From an uncultured archaeon (GTDB lineage: Archaea; Thermoplasmatota; Thermoplasmata; Thermoplasmatales; Thermoplasmataceae), in NCBI GenBank assembly GCA_000965745.1, contig CP009479.1, positions 448,001-512,000 of the forward strand: a DNA stretch of 64,000 bases. Direction: 5' to 3'. A program made the position numbers and the translations under genes. The notes under the pieces were generated by a model. That model saw only the letters and a list, made by a program, of their open reading frames with translations. It was not told the origin of the DNA and did not search any database. Numbering within the stretch: the stretch's first letter is position 1; every line of letters begins with the position of its first letter. Below, in pieces: positions 57,022-64,000 of this stretch.

Positions 57022-57482
57022 TTTATTTCCTCTTCGAATTTCCTGATCTGCTGCAGTATCCTATAGTAGTGGGATCCATGCCAGTAGACTTTACCGCATT
57101 TGCTGCACACCCAGATATCCTTGCCTGAAGACTTGACAGAGTCCGGTACGCCTGCGACCGGCCCCGGCTTGCCAGACTTCCCGAGTATGCCATTGCATTC
57201 AGTGCACCTTGTGAAGTATTTCTGTTCGTCCGGGGGGAATTGCTCTATGAACTGCAATACCTGATCCTTGAAGTCCTCCGATCTAATAAGTATGCTTCGG
57301 GGAAACCTTGCATAAAGCTCCTGATCTCTTGTCAGCAGTATCCTGCTCTCTTTCTTGCAGGATTCGATAATCTCACTGTCCGAAATCCCCTTCTCCGGGT
57401 ATTCCACATCAAATCCCATCATTCGAAGCCACTTGCCCAGCCTGCGCAGCATGTGGTCTGCATAGAAGAGCTCGTCTGTCAG
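57018..57482 (-). CDS. Mut7-C RNase domain protein (PIN-like plus Zn ribbon); probable CTG start
   Basis: ADHMLRRLGKWLRMMGFD, LLTRD, RCTECNG, CSKCGKVYWHGSH; ATGA overlap with pelota. Confidence 0.88.
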   Translation of the reverse strand: MTDELFYADHMLRRLGKWLRMMGFDVEYPEKGISDSEIIESCKKESRILLTRDQELYARFPRSILIRSEDFKDQVLQFIEQFPPDEQKYFTRCTECNGILGKSGKPGPVAGVPDSVKSSGKDIWVCSKCGKVYWHGSHYYRILQQIRKFEEEIK

Positions 57483-57585
57483 AAGAAAACCTCCCGAAAA
57501 TGGATCTGTGAAAGGTGATACGAAATCGTTATTATCCCAATTAAAAAAGTAAAATGAAGTTTTGGCTTGTTTCAGGATGTGAGAA

Positions 57586-58143
57586 TCACTTCTTCCTGTT
57601 AAAGACGAAGTATAGCACGAAGGTCGCGGCAATAAGCGCAATGATTATTCCGGCATAGTAATAATTCTGAGTGGGAGTGTGAATCTTCGGTTTGGACCAA
57701 GAGAACGCCGGATATGCGCCCGCATTGAGTGCCTGATGGTTCGTAAGGCCGTTTACTGAAGAGGTCTTGTTAGCTACTGCCCAGAATGCCTTCGTGAAGT
57801 TGGCGACGCTTGGGAAACCGATGCCGCTTAGTGCATTCACAAGTTGCAGGCCATAGCTGTTTATTCCGAGGTATGAAAGATCGAACACTATCAGTTCCTG
57901 TGTGGCATTGGAGCTCCAGTTGTAACTTACTATCGACTTGTTGTCGATAACGCTTGAGAAGAAAGCGTTCCATTCGGTTGTTGTTATAGTATAGTGATTG
58001 TCAGAGGTGTAATAGGTAACGGCCGGCAAAGAGCTGGGGGGCGGATTCAACTGGGGAGTTGCTGCGCTTGCTGCTGCCGGAAGCAGACCGACTGCAAGAA
58101 ACATTGACAATACTGTAACCACTATGATAGCGTTTTTTTGCAT
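57586..58143 (-). CDS. Small secreted, C-terminally anchored glycoprotein
   Basis: Signal peptide, several N-x-S/T sequons, C-terminal TM and NRKK. Confidence 0.75.
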   Translation of the reverse strand: MQKNAIIVVTVLSMFLAVGLLPAAASAATPQLNPPPSSLPAVTYYTSDNHYTITTTEWNAFFSSVIDNKSIVSYNWSSNATQELIVFDLSYLGINSYGLQLVNALSGIGFPSVANFTKAFWAVANKTSSVNGLTNHQALNAGAYPAFSWSKPKIHTPTQNYYYAGIIIALIAATFVLYFVFNRKK

Positions 58144-58272
58144 GATACTGCCCTTATAAGACTCCAGATGAATTTATTCTTAAAAACATTGTCTATCTAC
58201 TCTTCTGATTCTTTTCAGCGCTTCCCTTCCAGTGTCCAGATATGAGATAGTGCATCGCACAGAATGTCGGCT

Positions 58273-61200
58273 TCACTTGCCCTGTCCCATTATGTAGTCA
58301 TGGCCATCCGGATCCTTCTCGACCTTCAGGAGCCCTTCCCTCTGCATTTTTGATATCTGGGACTTCATCCTTGACGCTGGTATCCTGTTGCGCCTTCCCT
58401 GCCTCAATGCCTCCCTTACAGGCCTTCCGGTGTTATCCATAACCACCCTTCTGATCTCCTCCACATTTCTGTTCGTGCCAAACATCCTGTACCCGACTAT
58501 TGACGCTGCTACTGCCGGACCGGCTATGTATGGTATAAGCCCGACGAAAATGATTTTCCTGCTGAGGTGAATAGTCTTTCCCTGATACGTAAGAGTAGCA
58601 CTGATTGTGTGCACGCCATACGTCAAGGATTGATTGAAGCTCAATCCGGTGGAAACCTTCTTGCCATCAACATACCATTCAACGTGTACACGGCTTATGC
58701 CGTTTCCCTGCCCGGTGATAAGGAAATGCCATGTGCTCCCGGATTCGTATGCTTTTATTTCAGGAGAAGCCAGGTGGATGTAATATGAAACGTTTACAGT
58801 GATGTTGCCCGTGCTGTTGCGATTTCCACATTCATCTGAAACGAAGAGCGATATGCTGTAATTCCCGTTGTGAGGGAACCGGATCAGCTCAGAGCCATTT
58901 GACGTGTTAAGAGACTCGTTGATGCCATTGACATCAAGGATGATCCTGGTCACTTTTGCCTCGTCCGAAATGCTGTAATTTAGGAATGTGTAATTCCTGC
59001 CCACAGCATTCTTTGCTATTGTATAGCTTATAGCTGGTGTCGCGTTGTAATACGATATCGTGACTTCACTGAAGTTGTGGTTTCCGCTTTTCGAGTACGC
59101 TGTAATATTGAGGGTGTAGATTCCCTGGCCAAAGAGGAGTGTGAAGCTTGTGAGATTTTCTGGTGATATAAGCTCACTTTTTGCGCCTGATGTGAGAAGG
59201 ATGCTATAGCCCATTCCGGCCTTCTCCACCAGACTTATGTGAGCATGGGAAGAGTTTGTGTAGAACGATGTGCCGTTCGTCTCCGGTGCTCCAGGTATTG
59301 TGTTGTTCACCATAAATGTGAACACGGATTGCGCCCATGTTCCACTCATTGTGGTTGCACGCACCTTTACCACATACCTCCCATTGAGTGAGAGATCACT
59401 GATGAAGTAGGAGGAGTCAAAGACTATTCTGTCTTCTCCGGACGTGTTGTATACCGTCATGTTATGAGGGCCGTATAGCGACAGTTGCATTTCTGCTGAA
59501 ATATTGCTCGTGATTTCTGTGATGAAGTGGTTTTCGTTGGAGTTTCCCATGAATGAGTATTCACCAGACGGTTCACCTGTTATGTTAAGAGAAGGGGAAA
59601 ATGCAATGACTGTTACATTTGCATCAGCCAACTTTACCGTCTTGTCGTCCAGGAGCCTGGCAAAGAGAGTTACACTGTGATCGCCGTTTCCAAGATTAAG
59701 AATCATATAATCATGGCTGGTCGTGAAGTTTCGGGATGAGTTGTTCGAACTGACCATTACATCGTAAGTGGTTGCGTTCTTTTCAGGAGCCCATGAAACA
59801 TTCACACTGGATGAGTTCAGGAATTCACCGTTCCAGATGCTGAGACTTGAAGTGGTGTTATAACCCACAACATAGTATATGAAATGAGCCCGGAACTCCA
59901 TACCGAACCGGTCCGTTACGTTCATTTTAATATTTATTTTTCCGGTGACGTTTCCAGTTTCTATGTAAAAAGATCCGTTGCCAGTGTCGAAGGAGAGATT
60001 GCTTGAAAGATAAGTGATGTGTACAGCCTTCACTCCTATAGTGTCGTTTACACTGAATGATTCCCGTGTACTGTTTGAAATATAGGTTCCATTCCTGATG
60101 CTGACAGACACAACTGGAATGGCGTTGTCAACCTCCAGGGTTATCGTTTCATTTGAAGAGAAGCCTGCTTGATTGGTGGCATTTACGTATGCTGTATCAG
60201 CCCCTTCCGGCAGAAGTGTTGAGTTGAAGTGAAACGAGCTTCTGTTTTTCAGGGTGAGAGAAAGTCCAGAGACCTGGAGGGATATCTTGTACTGGAGTGA
60301 TGATTCGACTGATAAGTTAACATAGGATTCGCCCCTGGCTAAGTAGGTTCGGTTCCCCGTAATCTTTATTTTTGAATTTGAGAGGGGCAGGGATGATCCA
60401 CTGTAGTAAACTGTGATTTCATTCCCGTGCAGAGACAGAATTACAGAATTGTTGGCGTTGGATGAAACAAGATATCCGGAATCTTGCTGTTCAATGTTTG
60501 TGCCTTGCAAAATTCCTCCGGGTGATAGTCTGTACATTCTGTTTTTCCAAAGAATCAGGTAATAAGTGCCCGTAGAGTACAGAACTGAAGACAAGGATCT
60601 GTTTCCAGGAGATGTGTAAATATTCCCGTAATTCGTCTCCAAATAAGACTGGGAAAGATTGTCTGCCACGGTAAACATTCCCGCCAGGCCTGTTAGGGAG
60701 TATCCATATGAAACTAAGCTCAAAGAGCCGGTAAGGAAAGAGTAATTTGTCCGGCGTTCAGAAATCGCCGAAAGTGTGCTGAAATTGAGTTTATCCTGTA
60801 AGAATATTCTTGATTCGTTTGAAAACCCTGTAACAGAAAGTGTGTTGTCCTTGAGGTTCATTCCAAGGAGCCTGAAACCGTATACGGAGGTCCCAGGGCC
60901 TAATGTGGCCGTCTTGTAGATGGACCCAGAAGAGATGTTATATTCTACAATGCTACCTGTGGTGTTGTAGAAAAGGACCCGTTTTCCTGAAATTACAGCA
61001 CCGACCTTTCCGCTTAATGCGATACCGGTATGGAAATCCTTCATCGAGAGGTTTTCTGTTCCAATTTTCACAAGGTTGATGCTTCCTCCGCTCTGCCAGT
61101 AATATAAACTTCCATTGCTATAGATCCCTCCTGAGAGATTGGTAATTTCCGAGGAGATGTTCACGAAAGATGAATTGTAATAATCGAAGGATACTATCCT

Positions 61201-62043
61201 GACGCCCTCTGAATAGTAGATTATCGAATTTATACCTGTGTCCATATAAGGTGAGACTGTCGAGGCCGTATCAGGGATGAAGCCATTTCCTGCCCTAAAT
61301 GAAGTATTGTTGAACTGGATGCCACTTTTCTCAAGATGTGGTGCGTTTCCCGCAGCACCTTTGACGCACTCAATGTTGAAAATTGTCAGGTTAGAGTACA
61401 TTCCTCCAATTCTCAAAGATAAGGCTGACCCTGCTGAACCCTTAAACCCTACCTTGACAGGAAATGCGGTTACGTTTTTTCCGGCTTGCTTAAGTGTCAC
61501 GAATGAGAACCCGGGAGTTGACTGATTGAAGGTTGCGGATAGTGTGATCATCTGATTCGGAGCAGGTTCAATGCCAAGGATCTTGCTTTCCGAACTGTTG
61601 ATTAGATGTGTATCAAATGATTTTACCGGGCCGAAAGAGAGATCGAACAGATTGGAAGAGCCACCGTAGAAATTTATGTTATCCTGGGTCACACCATAAT
61701 ACCCGTTTGAATTCCATGTGAAATTCATGTAGAGCGTGTAGGTGGAATAAGATGAGATATTAGCTTCCAGATAACTTGACTGTGCCTGGTCGGTTGTAAG
61801 GATGTCAAGCCCATTTCCGTAAGAGGTGCTTACTACCTGATCCTGAAAATAGCTACCGTTGTGTATAGCCGAAAACGATATCCAGCTCCTGTTTACAGGA
61901 TATGATCCAACCGATAGGTTAGAAAAATTGTACGATAGATTGCCCGAAGTAAGAGACTGCATTTTCATTGCATTGCCGGATTCAACCCCTATTGGTAATA
62001 ATAACAATATGACCAGAATTACAATAAAAATATGTTTTCGCAT
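58273..62043 (-). CDS. Large multidomain cell-surface glycoprotein (1256 aa) with C-terminal TM and cytoplasmic tail
   Basis: Signal peptide MRKHIFIVILVILLLL, dense sequons, Ig-like repeats (VDNAIP, VNNTIP), TM IIFVGLIPYIAGPAVAASIVGY, ~70-aa basic tail. Confidence 0.8.
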   Translation of the reverse strand: MRKHIFIVILVILLLLPIGVESGNAMKMQSLTSGNLSYNFSNLSVGSYPVNRSWISFSAIHNGSYFQDQVVSTSYGNGLDILTTDQAQSSYLEANISSYSTYTLYMNFTWNSNGYYGVTQDNINFYGGSSNLFDLSFGPVKSFDTHLINSSESKILGIEPAPNQMITLSATFNQSTPGFSFVTLKQAGKNVTAFPVKVGFKGSAGSALSLRIGGMYSNLTIFNIECVKGAAGNAPHLEKSGIQFNNTSFRAGNGFIPDTASTVSPYMDTGINSIIYYSEGVRIVSFDYYNSSFVNISSEITNLSGGIYSNGSLYYWQSGGSINLVKIGTENLSMKDFHTGIALSGKVGAVISGKRVLFYNTTGSIVEYNISSGSIYKTATLGPGTSVYGFRLLGMNLKDNTLSVTGFSNESRIFLQDKLNFSTLSAISERRTNYSFLTGSLSLVSYGYSLTGLAGMFTVADNLSQSYLETNYGNIYTSPGNRSLSSVLYSTGTYYLILWKNRMYRLSPGGILQGTNIEQQDSGYLVSSNANNSVILSLHGNEITVYYSGSSLPLSNSKIKITGNRTYLARGESYVNLSVESSLQYKISLQVSGLSLTLKNRSSFHFNSTLLPEGADTAYVNATNQAGFSSNETITLEVDNAIPVVSVSIRNGTYISNSTRESFSVNDTIGVKAVHITYLSSNLSFDTGNGSFYIETGNVTGKINIKMNVTDRFGMEFRAHFIYYVVGYNTTSSLSIWNGEFLNSSSVNVSWAPEKNATTYDVMVSSNNSSRNFTTSHDYMILNLGNGDHSVTLFARLLDDKTVKLADANVTVIAFSPSLNITGEPSGEYSFMGNSNENHFITEITSNISAEMQLSLYGPHNMTVYNTSGEDRIVFDSSYFISDLSLNGRYVVKVRATTMSGTWAQSVFTFMVNNTIPGAPETNGTSFYTNSSHAHISLVEKAGMGYSILLTSGAKSELISPENLTSFTLLFGQGIYTLNITAYSKSGNHNFSEVTISYYNATPAISYTIAKNAVGRNYTFLNYSISDEAKVTRIILDVNGINESLNTSNGSELIRFPHNGNYSISLFVSDECGNRNSTGNITVNVSYYIHLASPEIKAYESGSTWHFLITGQGNGISRVHVEWYVDGKKVSTGLSFNQSLTYGVHTISATLTYQGKTIHLSRKIIFVGLIPYIAGPAVAASIVGYRMFGTNRNVEEIRRVVMDNTGRPVREALRQGRRNRIPASRMKSQISKMQREGLLKVEKDPDGHDYIMGQGK

Positions 62044-62116
62044 TTTTTCATTATTTCGTCAAAAAATAAAAGGTTTTCATGGGGAGAATCAGCAGTCTTG
62101 GAATTAATGGAAACCC

Positions 62117-62166
62117 CACATTTTCAATTACTTTCACATTTTCAACTGCTTGAGATAGCTTTATAA
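62117..62166 (+). promoter_or_regulatory. Direct repeats and TATA box upstream of gap-radA
   Basis: cacattttcaa at 62117-62127 and 62135-62145; tttataa at 62160-62166, 26 nt before the ATG at 62192. Confidence 0.5.
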
Positions 62167-62191
62167 CTCCAATCAAAATATGCTCTCGTTC

Positions 62192-63208
62192 ATGATAAAG
62201 GTTGGAATTAATGGCTATGGAACGATCGGGCGTAGGATCGCACATGCAGTGAGCTTGCAACCGGATATGACAGTTATAGGCATAGTTAAAACCAAGCCTG
62301 ACTACATCTCGAGGATAGCCAGCAATACATTCAATATTTTTATTAATGACTTAAAAAACAAGGAGGATTTCAACAACAGGGGAATCAAAGTCAAAGGCAC
62401 ACTTGAAGATCTGGCTGGAGATGTTGACATTATGATAGACTCGACTCCTGAAGGTGTAGGGGAAAAAAATAAGCAACTGTACGATGAAAATAACATAAAA
62501 GCAATATTCCAGGGTGGAGAGAAAAGCACAGTCGGCGAGTCAAGCTTTAATGCGTATTCAAATTTCAATGAGTCTGTGAACAAAAGATTTGTAAGGGTGG
62601 TATCCTGCAATACCACAGGTCTTGCCAGAACGCTTTTCCCGATCTACAACAGGTTTGGCATAAAACATGTTGACGCTACCCTGATCAGGAGAGCAACAGA
62701 CCCCAACGACAGCAAGAAGGGGCCTATAAACTCAATCGAGCCCAGCCTCAAGATTCCGTCTCATCATGCCCCCGATCTTAAGACGGTGATCAACGGAATA
62801 AATATTGACACAGTAGCCATAAAGGTTCCAACCACACTTATGCACGTTCACGTGGTTAAGGCACAGCTAAAAGAGAAGGCATCCAGGGAAGAGGTCGTTG
62901 AAGAGTGGAACAAATACCACAGAGTTCTCAGAGTGTACGGGAAAGAAGGGCTCTCCTCTACTGCCCAGATAATGGATGCGGCAAGGGAGATGCAGTCAAA
63001 CAGATCAGATCTGTATGAAATAGCCCTGTGGGATGAGAGCGTAAGCCTGTCAGGAGACACACTCAGTTATATCCAGGCTGTGCACCAGGAGAGTGATGTC
63101 ATCCCAGAGAATGTTGATGCAATAAGAGCAATGTTTAATCTTGAAGATAAGGAAAAATCAATTGAAATGACAGATAAAAGTCTTGGAATTGGAAGGAGGA
63201 ATATATAA
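62192..63208 (+). CDS. gap: Glyceraldehyde-3-phosphate dehydrogenase, archaeal type II
   Basis: [51 protein letters not shown]. Confidence 0.96.
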   Translation: MIKVGINGYGTIGRRIAHAVSLQPDMTVIGIVKTKPDYISRIASNTFNIFINDLKNKEDFNNRGIKVKGTLEDLAGDVDIMIDSTPEGVGEKNKQLYDENNIKAIFQGGEKSTVGESSFNAYSNFNESVNKRFVRVVSCNTTGLARTLFPIYNRFGIKHVDATLIRRATDPNDSKKGPINSIEPSLKIPSHHAPDLKTVINGINIDTVAIKVPTTLMHVHVVKAQLKEKASREEVVEEWNKYHRVLRVYGKEGLSSTAQIMDAAREMQSNRSDLYEIALWDESVSLSGDTLSYIQAVHQESDVIPENVDAIRAMFNLEDKEKSIEMTDKSLGIGRRNI

Positions 63209-64000
63209 TGGTGGAAAAAGAAGAGAAGAAACTCACGATAGAAGACCTTCCCGGTGTTGGTGAAGCAACTGCTGAGAAGTTAAGAGAGAATGGTTACGAC
63301 GACATAATGAACCTGGCTGTGGCATCCCCAAAGGACCTTTCAGAATTGAGTGGAATAGCTGAAGGTGCTGCAATCAAGATAATAGCTGCTGCCAGAAAAT
63401 CTGCAGACATAGGAAATTTCGAAACCGGCGAGCAGATCCTTCAGAGAAGGAAAGATGTCATGAAGCTCACTACCGGGAGCAAAAACCTGGATGAGCTTTT
63501 GGGCGGGGGATTTGAAACACAGTCAATAACAGAATTTTTCGGTGAATTCGGGTCCGGTAAGACCCAGATAATGCATCAGGCTGCAGTAAATGCCACAATG
63601 TCTGAAGAACAGGGAGGTTTCGACTGCGATGTCCTTATAATCGATTCTGAGAACACATTCAGGCCTGAGAGGATTATCCAGATGTCAAAGGGAAAAGATC
63701 TCGACCCTGATGTTGTCCTGAAGAGGATCCATGTTGCTAGGGCTTACAACTCGCACCACCAGATACTCCTCGCTGAGAAGGCGGGGGACCTGGCGAAGGA
63801 GTTTCCCATAAGGCTCATGATTGTGGATTCCCTGACATCCCATTTCAGATCAGAATACATGGGAAGAGGATCGCTTTCAGAAAGACAACAGCTGCTCAAC
63901 AGGCATATGCACGATCTGCTCAGGTTCGGAACTGTCAACAATGCAGTTATTGCAGTCACAAACCAGGTTTCTGCAAGGCCAGACGTATTTTTTGGAGATC
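63208..64000 (+). CDS. radA: DNA repair and recombination protein RadA (partial, runs off the window; absent from the ORF track)
   Basis: ATG overlaps the gap stop (TAATG); [74 protein letters not shown]. Confidence 0.97.
   Translation, partial: MVEKEEKKLTIEDLPGVGEATAEKLRENGYDDIMNLAVASPKDLSELSGIAEGAAIKIIAAARKSADIGNFETGEQILQRRKDVMKLTTGSKNLDELLGGGFETQSITEFFGEFGSGKTQIMHQAAVNATMSEEQGGFDCDVLIIDSENTFRPERIIQMSKGKDLDPDVVLKRIHVARAYNSHHQILLAEKAGDLAKEFPIRLMIVDSLTSHFRSEYMGRGSLSERQQLLNRHMHDLLRFGTVNNAVIAVTNQVSARPDVFFGD

Noticed and set aside
1-64000. CRISPR array, rRNA, provirus, and the many 60-220 aa antisense or nested ORFs in the track
   Set aside because: No regularly spaced repeats, rRNA signatures or viral genes were seen; the nested ORFs are shadows of well-supported genes and carry no motifs.

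Overview
64 kb chromosomal window from an acidophilic Thermoplasmatales-type archaeon, inferred from archaeal RadA, Cdc6, pelota, type II GAPDH, a GHMP-type shikimate kinase, a Ta0583-like actin, GGTGA ribosome-binding sites and sequon-rich surface proteins. Core content: argS; aroB-aroE-aroK-aroA; a GH15 hydrolase facing a CUT1 sugar ABC transporter; a three-gene PolB2 cassette (degenerate RecA-fold protein, small helical protein, PolB2) convergent with cdc6/orc1; a probable GDGT ring synthase radical SAM; gdh; MFS-MarR; a ParM-like actin with a small partner gene; a HAD/phosphodiesterase/ECF transporter divergon; tRNA-Glu, pelota, Mut7-C RNase; a 1256-aa surface protein; gap-radA (radA runs off the end). 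About 11 kb next to the 3' end of tRNA-Glu (~44.6-55.8 kb) looks like a decayed accessory island: gene fragments, ydeI, a 5'-truncated IS256, a bacterial-type PEP carboxylase and a kdp operon whose kdpB is split by a 1-nt frameshift. No CRISPR array, rRNA or integrase was seen. Best leads: the ImuABC-like PolB2 cassette with a possible Orc1/ANTTTC damage regulon, the actin-partner pair, bacterial ppc in an archaeon, the Mut7-C/pelota coupling, and a giant surface protein with a possible cytoplasmic winged-helix tail. All family calls come from motif recognition by eye; no searches were run.
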